Origin: Podarcis muralis
Taxonomy: Eukaryota
Assembly (NCBI RefSeq): GCF_964188315.1
Contig: NC_135667.1
Span: 20,398,001-20,462,000 of the forward strand
Length of the DNA: 64,000 nucleotides
Reading direction: 5' to 3'
Shown: positions 13,067 through 41,966 of the stretch, piece by piece
Numbering within the stretch: position 1 is the first letter of the stretch
Layout of the letters: each line of letters begins with the position of its first letter
The notes under the pieces: generated by a model
Told to the model about the DNA's origin: nothing
What the model saw: the letters and a program-made list of their open reading frames with translations, nothing else
Databases searched by the model: none
Made by a program: the position numbers and the translations under genes

Positions 13067-13823
13067 GGTGCCCCAGAGGTTGAAAGTGAGGACAAGGGGT
13101 TTCGGGGGAGGTCTAGGTCTAACCTGGAGGAATCAGAAAAAGAAGGTCATGTTCTATTATCTATTATTGTATCTATTGTTCTACTATTCTATCATGCCTG
13201 GAAGGGTCTCCGTAACTGGTGAGAATTTCATGGTTCCCTGAATTCTAAGCATCCAGTTCTCTCAATGTGCTTAAATAAAGACTCTTTCCTCCTCAGATCC
13301 TAGAATTGTAGAGTTGGGGCAATCTAGTCCAAGCCCCTACAATGTAGGAATCCTTTCAACCCTCCTTTTTTCCTCCTCAGACTACTTGGGAGTCCTGGCT
13401 CCCAGCCCACCTTCTCTAAACCATTATAAACCAAGTTTTGTCTCTGTGATGGAAAACCTCCCTTACGTTTGCCCCCCACCCCCGTTTTGCTTCTAAAGAA
13501 CCCAGGAGTCCAAGTCCCTGCCACCTCTCCACTACCACTACCACCACCCCTTGATCTTTTCGAAGGCTTGCATTTAGTCTTGAGTAACAGCAACAGCTGA
13601 AGGAGGGGAAAGGGTAAGATGGGAGGTCTGCCGGGAGCTTTCCGACTGCAACATTTAAGAGCTGGCAGGACGGATGGGTGCATTTTAGAGAAGCTTGAAA
13701 AGAAGAGGGCATAGAAATCTTCTGTATCTAAGTAGGAAGGAACAGGAGTCCCGGTTTTTCCTCCTAAGCAATAGCTAGAAGGAAACCTATGCGAAGAGAA
13801 GGCGGAGTGCAGGCCTCGCTTAC

Positions 13824-13921
13824 TCTGCAAGAGACTCTGGACAGCAGGCTTGGGATCCTTCCGGGAAGCGCGGAAAAGACTAGAATATAAGAAGGAACGT
13901 AGCGATCCTTTAAGAATCTTG
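13824..13921 (-). other. GYS1: Candidate non-coding 5'UTR cassette exon of GYS1 (98 bp)
   Basis: Minus strand: pyrimidine-rich acceptor ctcctttccccccacctgttcctag and donor AGA|gtaagc; no ATG inside. Sequence signals only. Confidence 0.35.
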
Positions 13922-14082
13922 CTAGGAACAGGGTGGGGGAAAGGAGAGCCTATTAGATTTGGGATCGCAGGCCTGTGGGAGCAGAGGTAAAAGATTTGTT
14001 CCTCAGAGGTATTGAGCGAGGGCTGTGCAAGGATAGGGAGGGCGAGAGAGAAGGAAGGAAGGGAGAAGTAACTGTCGCAGGA

Positions 14083-14084
<2 letters not shown>

Positions 14085-14130
<46 letters not shown>
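14085..14130. repeat. (TG)n microsatellite
   Basis: About 23 uninterrupted TG units. Confidence 0.95.
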
Positions 14131-14134
<4 letters not shown>

Positions 14135-14301
14135 GCATGCAGTCCGGTTCCCATTGGGAATCGGGGGGAGCAAGAAGAGCTAGATACAGCATGGAATGAA
14201 AAGAGTCATATAGTTATGAATAAAGCTGGGTCACTGGCGATTAAAGGAAAGGGGGATCTGGAGATCCTTGGGAGCGCCCGGGGGAATCCGGCTGTGCTTA
14301 C

Positions 14302-14460
14302 CTCTCTGCAGCTGAGGACAAACTACTTGCTCGCTCCCCCGCACCTCCTCCCCCTCCCCTCCAGACCCTCCTGCTCAGAGGCCACACCCCTCGGTGGGCG
14401 GGGCCACGGCCCAAGCCGGACTCGCCCCCCTCGACAGGGGCAGCCTTCTCATGCCTCCGG
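14302..14460 (-). other. GYS1: Probable non-coding first exon of GYS1 (5' end approximate)
   Basis: Strong donor GAG|gtaagc at 14301-14300 inside a CpG-rich stretch, downstream of CCAAT boxes; pairs with the acceptor at 13124-13125. Confidence 0.6.
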
Positions 14461-14690
14461 GGTTTCTTTTCCTGCTTCTGCCCACCCTGACCCACGTTCC
14501 TTTGCCTCTCCGGCTTTCTTGATTGGCTGAGGGGGAAGCCTCCCAGCAGGCTCGGCAGCGTCTCGAACGCGTCGGAAAGGAAGAGAGGTTGTTGCAAGGT
14601 CTTAAAGGGGAAGTGTCGGCAGTGAAAGGAAGGAGGGGTTGCATTGGCGATGGAAGGAGAAAGCCGAATGGGAAACGTGTGTGGGGGGGT
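14380..14690 (-). promoter_or_regulatory. GYS1 CpG-rich promoter
   Basis: Minus-strand CCAAT at 14522-14526 (GCCAATC) and 14643-14647, GC box gggcgggg near 14396, RCGTG at about 14675, CpG-rich. Confidence 0.6.
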
Positions 14691-15312
14691 GAATAGAATA
14701 TGGGTACAGGGAGAATCAGGGGCGAAAGGGGTTCCAGGAAAAATATAGGAGGCAATTATGCAGAATAATTATAGAGAAAAAGAGAGTTTAAGGACACACT
14801 GTGGGGCAAAAGGAGAAAGTCTGGTTGAAGGTGAGTGTGGGGTAATGATAGAGAAGGAGATTGTGGGATATAACAATGGAGAATTTGAGTAAAAGCACAG
14901 TAGGGTGGTTTGAGGGTTAAAGTGAGGTTGTGGTGTAATATATGGGGCTAATGACAGAATCAGGTAAAAGGAGATTATGGAATAGATGTTGGGATAATGA
15001 TGGATAATCAGGGTGAAATCAGATTATGGACTAATTAACATCTTCCTCCTTCCTCCCAATTCCTTTTGTATCATGCATCTTATTATTGATCTTTGTAAGG
15101 AGCTCTGAGAGCCTGAAGTGTGCAAATGCTTCAAAGAAATGAGAGGGGGAAAGTAATTAGGGCTGCACAACTTTTGATCAATTAGGCTGAATCCTGTTTA
15201 CCAGCTGTGTATGACAGCCCACTGAGGTACAGTAAACTTTGCTGCCTGCCTGAGATTGCAAAAACAGGTTATCAGTGGGAAGCAACTAAAAGGCATAAAA
15301 CGAAATCTTACA

Positions 15313-16246
15313 CTTGATCTTAGCCAAAAGGCAGTCAAGCTTGCAAAAATATACCATTTGCCAGATAATAAGTGTTGGAAATGTAAAGAAACTGAGGGAA
15401 CATTCTTTCACCTTTGGTGGACGTGCCCAAAGGTCAAGGCTTTCTGGGAAATGATCTATAATGAACTGAAAAAGGTATTTAAATATACCTTCCCTAAGAA
15501 ACCAGAGGCCTTCCTTTTGGGCATTGTTGGCCAAATGGTGCCAAAGAAGGACAGAACTTTCTTTATGTACGCAACAACAGCAGCAAGAATACTCATCGCA
15601 AAACACTGGAAGACACAAGATTTGCCCACTCTGGAAGAATGGCAGATGCAAGTGATAGACTACATGGAATTGGCAGAAATGACTGGCAGAATCCGAGACC
15701 TGGGAGAAGAGTTAGTGGAGGAGGACTGGAAGAAATTTAAAGACTACCTGCAAAAGCATTGCAAAATGTATGAATGTTAAAATGATGCAGGATATAAAGA
15801 TAATATGGCATTAGTGACATAGTTGAAAGGAATATGTAAAAAACGTTTCAGAAGACTAAGGGTGAAACTAGAATAAATATTATGTCAAATTTAAACAAAT
15901 TGATATAAAGGGAAAAATTAGAGACATAATAGTTGAAATGTATAATACAAAATAAGATTTGAAAGAGGGGGAGGCACTGCTGAATAAGATTGTGTAAAAG
16001 GGAACACAGAAAAGGGAGATGTGAGGGAGTCTGGAAGGAGGGTTAAGAAAACAATAAGTAAGAAATTGGTTTTTTTTAATCTTTTTTTTCTATGTTTATT
16101 CTTTTTTATTTTTTTGGTGTGTTCTACTGTATTTTTTTGTTTTTTGCTTGACTGTGATGGTGTTTTTTCTTTTTTTTTCTTTTCTTGTTTCGACTGTGAA
16201 GTTTGTTTTACTGTTCAAAACTTTAATAAATATCTTTTTTTAAAAA
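15313..16246 (+). mobile_element. 5'-truncated L1 LINE (ORF2 C-terminus + 3'UTR)
   Basis: Zinc knuckle CWKC...HLWWTC and ATTAARILIAKHWK; AATAAA then A-rich tail; flanking 18-bp repeat ataaaacgaaatcttaca (15295-15312) / ataaaacgaaatattaca (16247-16264). Confidence 0.88.
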
Positions 16247-16939
16247 ATAAAACGAAATATTACAAATGGATAAAAATAGATTGCATCATTTTGTTGAAAT
16301 ATCTTAACCCATGTGCTAGTTTAACCTCCCAAAGCGAGACAGATGGGTCTTGCAACACTTCGGAAGTTGCTCGATCTTGGGTGTTGGCAGGACTCTGTGA
16401 ACAGGGGATTTTGGATGAAGAGAGGCACCCAAAACAGTTCTGTTGGCAATCTGGCTCAATTCAAGGGACCCTTAAGGTAGCAACACTGTTTTTGGAGTAA
16501 GCCTCATTAAGCTCAGCAGGATTTACAATGTAGATAGGCTATTAATTTTCTACAGTATTATCTTTCCTTTCCTTCCATTAAGGAGCTCATGGGTGCTTAC
16601 CCATCCCATTTTATGAACACAACCACCTTGTGAGGTAGATTAGGATAAGGAATAGTGACTGCCCGATGTCTGCCTAGAAAAACTTCAGTGAAAGATACGG
16701 GGAAAGTGTTGGAGGTCCAACCACTCACTGTTAAACTCAAACACACATAAAACATTCTCCTCTGAATTGGCCTGAGTCTCTTGAGGTCAGATTCGTTAGT
16801 ATCTGTTATGTGTTTTTTAAATTCACTGTTCAGATTCCGGTTTAGTGAGAGCTTGTCAGATTTGAACAATTTACTGTTACCATGTAACGTGCTGAATTAT
16901 TCCTCACTGCGATACGTAGAAAAAGGGACGGACGGAGCT

Positions 16940-18206
16940 ACAGGGACACGTGCATAACCTCACATTGTCAATGGCACCCTTCTTGACCAATAGGATCTCA
17001 TTAGGGCTTCGACCAATGAGCTTTCACGAAAGAATTCCCAGGCTGATAATGGCGCGGCCCATATAGGCCTGACACCAATCAAGGAGGCCTGTATTTGTTG
17101 GATACAGACAGTTCGCGCTTTATGAACGATAACAAAAGTACCCAATCGAACATGATAGCTGTTAAATTGACAACGAACTCGCCCAATAAGCGCTTCTGTT
17201 GAAGAGAAAGGGCTGTTGCTAATCCCTAAGTGATATCTTGTCCTTCTCAAATAGAATTTGACCTTGGCCATGAAGCATTACAACTTTTAAATCCTTTTAT
17301 AATCGTTCCCGCCAATAATTGTCATAGAGATCCGCCAGTAAGTGAATGAAGGGCACTATGTGGGGATTTAAATGTGTGAGTGACTGCCAAGGCGGCCAAT
17401 GGCCATTAGAGAGTCACTTTATAGGCGGTCTCTTCCTCATCTCAGCCAATCGATCCTATATTCGGTTTTTCAGGACGGCTGTCTCCTAATTCCTTAAGCC
17501 ATCCGGCTTTCACTCTGTGCTGCTGGAGTTTCTCATTCAGAATGTGGATTCCTTTTCGGGATCCCGCTCTTCCTTTGTCATGTTTCCCTCGTGTCAAATT
17601 ATCTGAAGCGACTGGATTTGAAAGCGAACGCTCTTATTTGATTGCCACTTAAATGAACCAATAGCTTCCACGTTTGAGAAGGTGGGACGAAGAGAAAAAC
17701 CAATAGCTATGGAGAAGACGGAGGCCTTTATCTTTGAATGACGCTTAGGTACACCGATAGTTATTCGTCTATCGCTGGTAAAAACCGCCTCCCTGCTACG
17801 ATTGACGGCCATTTCCCCACCTCATCTAATGGCATTTAAAGCTCATGGAGTGGAAGCAACGCCCCCAGCGCTGACGGACAACTTCCCCTCCCGCTCCTTT
17901 GGATCTTTAGCCTCTGGGAGCGCTCAGCGCGCGCGCGCGCAAACGACCGACCAAGAAGCCGCTCTGCCTCTCTGAGTTGGTCCAATGGAGATTGAGCGTC
18001 GGTTGATAGACAGCTATTCCTCCTTCTGACCGTCCGAGACCCAGTCAGCCTATGAAAATCCAGAGGCGGGCTTTACTTCCTTTCCCGCCCATGCGCCTTG
18101 AATGACAACGGCTCCGCCCAATGGGCTGCCCAGTCCCCTCCCCTCCGCTCAGCAAGGCTGGGGGAGCCAAGCCCGTGCTTCTCTCTTTCTGTGTCTCATT
18201 CACAAG
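16940..18206 (+). promoter_or_regulatory. PRMT1 promoter / CpG-rich region with 12 same-strand CCAAT boxes
   Basis: CCAAT at 16987, 17013, 17075, 17142, 17183, 17312, 17396, 17446, 17658, 17700, 17982, 18118; CACGTG at 16947; (GC)7 at 17927-17940; GC boxes near 18065 and 18085; YY1-type CAAGATGGCGG over the ATG. Confidence 0.75.
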
Positions 18207-35723
<17,517 letters not shown>

Positions 35724-36582
35724 CCCAGCCACCCCTTGCCAGATTTTTTTTTCTCCTCCTCCTCCTCCAACTGACCTTGCAACCCAGAGCTAACCCTCCC
35801 TGTCGTCCTGTTTAAGTTGGTGTCTCACTAATTCATTTCATTGTGTAGTTCCTTGTTGCTGCGACTCTGGGCCAGCAAGGGGAGGGTCAGTATTAGAGGC
35901 TAGGGGGAAATAGCCAAGACCCCCCCCCCTCAATCCTGTTGCCCCTCATTTTCAAATCTCCTTCCGCACCCGCAACCAACCTCCCCTCCTCCAGGCCAGG
36001 AGCCAAGGCTGTTAGCACAACTGAAGACACAGGTGGTTTGTCCATCCGTCCGTTTGTTCTGGGGCCCGAGTGCCGACAGCAGACTTCCATCATGAATTTC
36101 TTTTTAAAAAATAATAATAATTTTTTTTTTTTTTGGTTAGTTAAATCATTGTTGGTATCACCTGCCAAACTGTGTTGCCCAGGATCCTCGTCCCTCCTCT
36201 TGCCCTGTTTTCTGGAGTAACTGCTCCTGACAATACCCTCTGCTCCAGTGTAAACGCTGCTCAGTTTTTTTGAAGGGTACACACTTCTATCCGGTGCCCA
36301 AATGGGGGTGGGGGTTCCCAACAGGTTTTTATCAAGAGGGCACATGGAGGGGTGTGGGTGGAAAAGGCATCTCCATTTTGTGAGTGTTAAGTTTTTTTCC
36401 CCACTGACGGTTTTGTACTCCCCCCCCCCCTTAACAATTCCCTGTTCGGATCTGTGGGAGGGAGTTGTGTGGGGTTTTTCTTTTTCTTTTTTAAATCCCT
36501 TGCCCCTTCGAAATCTGACATCGTGTGACTGTTTCATAACTTATGGTTTTTATATGGTTACATTCATGAGGGAAAAAATAAT

Positions 36583-36588
36583 AATAAA
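36583..36588 (+). terminator. Probable PRMT1 polyA signal
   Basis: First AATAAA I found downstream of the PRMT1 stop, about 860 nt into the 3'UTR, after a U-rich block. Confidence 0.65.
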
Positions 36589-37938
36589 GAAGTTGAAACC
36601 ACCTCTTCTTTTACTTAAACATATTGCTTGCCTGATGGCCTTAGGGTTGCATTTAGAGAGAGGCCCTTTCCTTGGGCCCAGCCTCACTGCTTGTTCCCCC
36701 CCCCCAAAAAACCCCCAACAAACGTCTGAACAGAAGTACAATGTAAGGTGTAGGACTCTCAAACCAGTCGAACCTAACAAGGCAGAACTTACAGCTATAA
36801 ACACAAAAATGAGGTTATTGAGGAAGACATGCTTTTGTTCCATAACACTGTGGCTTCGGACTAGTTACAGATACAGTGGTGTTCTCTACAGAGCCATCCC
36901 AAGACATGTTACTGGAGATGGAGAACAAGGCCCCTTGTTCCCACTGCCAGGTACCAAAGCCAATGGGACCGGCAAGTGGATTGTTCTCGGACCCAATTGC
37001 ACCAGCAGTGTCTTCAGATTCTTGTTACAAATCCTGTTTTAAGTGGGGAGCCTAGATTATCAAGAAGGTTAACGGCATGCCCAGCTATTCCTTGATTTTA
37101 AGATGGAGGGGAAGAATTTGGATCAGGTGACGAATGCTGAGCCTGTGGTTGGGAGCCGGCAATGCACCTTGGATGCAGGGACCAAAACTCGCAGTTTAAA
37201 GTGCCAGAAGAGCTGGACACAGGAATGTCTCCCTCACCTCAAATTCACAAAAGGACAGTACCTTTATTAGGCCCATCAAAAGATCACAAAATAGTGTGCA
37301 CGCTGCTGGGAATGGTTGGTGTAACGAAGGTATTGACAAAACCAGATTTTCTTATGACCAATGTAGGCTCTGGTGCCTAGGCAGGTTCAAAAACAAGCTG
37401 CATTGGCCTCAGTCTGCAAGGCAACAGGTGAAATTGCCACAACTTTCAGCCCATCACCGGCAGAGCCGCCATCCTTGGTGCTCCCCCCACTTGTGCGGAA
37501 GCCAGTGCCAGGCTGGGGGATCCTTTAACTGCTCAGAGGGGAGCAGCAGCTGCACACTCAGCTGAGCAAAAGATGCAGAGGGAGGAACAAGCTGTATCAG
37601 CGCTGATGCAGATTTTTTCTCTGTGCACTATGAGGGCAGAATGGGATAATGGTTTCACAAACACTTGCTGGAGGAAGTCGCTAGTAAAGGGACTCTGAAG
37701 CGGCTGTTTCACCAGCTTTGTGAACGAGACATCGCAGTCTGCTCCTCATACTGCTCCTGGATGATAATATTAATATATCGCCCAGGCCTAGAACAAGCCT
37801 CAGAACTCTGGCGGCATCAGCAGTTTCAGTGGTATTTTGCTTTTGTGCATCATTGAATCTGGAAGCCTGAATGACACATGAAGCCCTTGCTCCTAGAGAT
37901 TCTAACCTAAACACTGAATTGGCTTTGGTGGTCTTGAG

Positions 37939-38161
37939 CATGGGTAGGCAAACTAAGGCCTGGGGGCCAGATGTGGCCCAATCGCCTTCTCAATCCGGCC
38001 CGCAGACGGTCCAGGAATCAGTGTGTTTTTACATGACTAGAATGTGTGCTTTTATTTAAAATGCATCTCTGGGTTATTTATAGGGCATAGGAATTCGTTC
38101 ATTTTCTTTTTTCCTTCAAAATATAGTCCGGCCCCCTGCTGAAAAAGGTTGCTGACCCCTG
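37939..38161. mobile_element. hAT MITE
   Basis: catgggtaggcaa...ttgctgacccctg; perfect 8-bp TSD gtcttgag. Confidence 0.88.
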
Positions 38162-39532
38162 GTCTTGAGCTTAACTTCTGCACCACTAAAAGCGGATTCT
38201 GAAAGCTCTGGAAGGTTTATGTGTGGCCATGCTAATTTATATAAATGGACGTTTTTACCTGTGCCTACTTCCAATACTAATTACTGTTCAATAGGCATCA
38301 CTTATCACTTCAGCTAGTCTGGTGGTTGCCAACCATTGTGGACCAGTGGGCAGCAGTCACAAAATGGTTATGGGGAGAACACAAAATGGCTGCCACATTT
38401 AAGAGACGGGAACAAAATGGAGGCGAGGGCCGGTGCCCAGTTCTTGCAGCCAACGAAACGCAGGCAGAGGAAAGGCCATGTCGGTGCAAACACAAACTGA
38501 GCAGGAACAGCAAACAGCTTCTTGTGTCGGTTTTTGAGGGGATATTCACTGATCCCTTTTGCAGGTGTTGTAACAGGTACTCGCAGGCACACTGGCAGCC
38601 TTGGCTGTCACACCGGCAAGTTCTGAGCTACCGCCTGCCCTAAAGTGCGGTCCATACATTCAAAGAGACCAAAATTAGTTTGAGATTTGGTGGCGTCAAA
38701 GCCAATTTCCTTGAAGGTGGTAGCTGGGTCCCTGCTAATCCTTTAGTTAGCATGCGTGAAGTCCAATGAAATCAGTTATGTGCCATACATCCATAATTCT
38801 GTGAAATCAACATGGGTTCACAGTAGCCACAGTTTGCATATATGTTTAAATAAACTATATATTCTAAAGACACCACAGACTGCTGTGCCTCTCCGAAAAA
38901 GGAACACAGACCCTGGGTAAAGCATCTGTAACCCCTTGAACAGCACAAGAAGATTGGGGTTGTGTGTAATATGTTCCTGGGGCCTGTAAATCTTGGCTCC
39001 TGTAATCTCTGGGGCCTTCTTGTTTTTAAGGGAAATGGTGCTGCTCTCTTCCCCATCTTGCTGCCATACCCTGTTTACTTTTGCAGGAACTGAGGAACTC
39101 TGGGACCCATGGCTCTTGGAAGGGCGTGTCTCCTGAAATCATTCTCTCTCTGTTCTGTTGGAAAGCCTGCTTCAATAATTCACTGTTCAGAGTACTGTCT
39201 GCTCTGATTTAACACTAGTTCTGATCAAATCTCACAAGATTGTTCTAAAAACCTGGGCTAGCCTATATGCAGGGAAACAAGGCTGCATAAACCGCTCCAA
39301 GCACAATGAAGTATGTTTCTCCTTTCATTCAGAATAAAAATCCTGAGGAAGGCAGCATTGAAGACAAAATCAACAGTAAAATCTACTCTACAAGCATATT
39401 CCACAAAATACCAAAGATCATTTTGCTCAACCCCACCCCACCCCGAAAACCCCACCGAAAACAACACAAGAGTAAATTTGTGTGTATCATTCTTTTGGGA
39501 ACACAGTGCATGTGCACCTATGCACCATGCTC

Positions 39533-39538
39533 TTTATT
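39533..39538 (-). terminator. Probable POLR2L polyA signal
   Basis: AATAAA on minus, about 185 nt after the stop codon. Confidence 0.65.
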
Positions 39539-39721
39539 GCACATCACTGAATGAGACAGAATCCTTCCATTGCACAACAGCACCCTCCAGTGGGAGGTGC
39601 CTGGTTTGGATACAATCTGAAGACAGGCTATCTGTCTATCTTATCTATCTATCTATCATCTATCCACCGGGGGCGGTGTCTTCCAGCCTCATTGTGGCTC
39701 TTTTCCAGGGTGCCAACGCTA

Positions 39722-40793
<1,072 letters not shown>

Positions 40794-41299
40794 CTACCTA
40801 TTCTTAGTGTTGCAGGAATTTCTCCGTTAACATTACTTTACAGCAGGGGCCCCCAACTTGAATAAAATATTGTGGGGGTCCAGGTAAGTCCTGCCCCCAC
40901 ATAACTGATCACAGGATGCAGTGCACCCACACTGTTTGAATGGGAATACTCATCAACTTTGGGGGCGCCAGGCCCCTCAAATATTTTATTGTGGGGGACT
41001 CCAGCTCCCACCAACCCCAGCTGGCCTGGCCAATGGCCAAAGGTGATAGAAGCCTTAGGAACCCCCCCCCCCCCATCACCATCATCCAGCCACGGGTTAA
41101 CTGCTCTTGCTGCAAAGGTGATCGGGAGGTAAAAAGCCCATACATCTTAGGTTAAGGCCACGCCCTCACCCCCGGCTTTTACGCTTGTAAACAGCTTCAG
41201 GGAAGGCTGAAATTCAACAGGTGCTGCTTCCCTCTGTTACTGCGTCTTCCCCACTCTCTCTACAAGCTTCACCGGGTGAATCTCTGCCTCTCGTGCCCT

Positions 41300-41894
41300 T
41301 GGAGCTGTCCCGAACAGCCTTTCGCTCCCCTAAGCGCTTCCCCCATTCCTGCTTCCCCCTTCGGGAAGTGGGGGCGGCCCTCGCCCTCCCCGGATCTCTC
41401 ACTCCCCGGCCCCACACATCCACTTTCTCCCGCCAGCTCGGCGCACCCCAGGCCTCCCTCCCTCCTACTTGCCATCTTTCCCCCTCGCCCTCCTCCCTGG
41501 CCGACCCTTCTCCCCGCCGCTCCCCACCTTCCTCTCGGCCTCGGCCGCCTTCCTCTCTCCCGGGAGTCCCTCGTGGTTCTGGCGCAGCAGCGAGGCCGAG
41601 GGCTGGCTTCTTCCGCTGCCCGCAAGAGGGAGACACAAGCTCCGCCGCCGCAGCAGCAGCAGGAGGAGGAGCCCCGACGGCGACGCCGCCCCTTCCTAGC
41701 GGAGCCCAAATTTCTTCCCCTTATAAGCGGCAATCGATCTGCCAGAAGGTCATCTTGTTGTTGCTTGCATCCTCGGGATCTTCGCGTTTATCCAAGTTTT
41801 TTTCTTTCTCTCCGCCCCTTTATCTTTCTGTGGATTTACGCGTTTATCCAAGTTTTTTTTCCTTTTTCTCCGCCCGCAGATAGATCTTTTCTGT

Positions 41895-41900
<6 letters not shown>
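41300..41900 (-). promoter_or_regulatory. CpG island: probable POLR2L promoter and non-coding first exon
   Basis: CpG-dense; TATA-like TTATAAG at about 41721; GC boxes; candidate minus-strand donors near 41527 (AAG|gtgggg), 41401 (gtgaga) and 41169 (gtgagg). The exact exon cannot be resolved. Confidence 0.6.
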
Positions 41901-41929
<29 letters not shown>

Positions 41930-41966
41930 CTCTCTCTTTCTTTCTCTCTCTCTCTCTCTCTCTCTC
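41893..41966. repeat. (TTTC)n(CT)n microsatellite
   Basis: Read directly; homopyrimidine tract. Confidence 0.9.

Noticed and set aside
13324-14154. 276-aa minus-strand ORF with a (TH)n run
   Set aside because: The start is non-ATG in promoter/intron sequence, the TH run is the (TG)n microsatellite, and no domain is recognisable.
35893-37042. Overlapping 214-aa (-) and 246-aa (+) ORFs
   Set aside because: They lie over the PRMT1 3'UTR and polyA region, are low-complexity, and show no homology or exon signals.
37390-38650. Search for ADM5 or another gene between PRMT1 and POLR2L, including the 105-aa ORF at 38326-38643
   Set aside because: No adrenomedullin-type Cys ring or amidation motif and no coherent exon chain was found.
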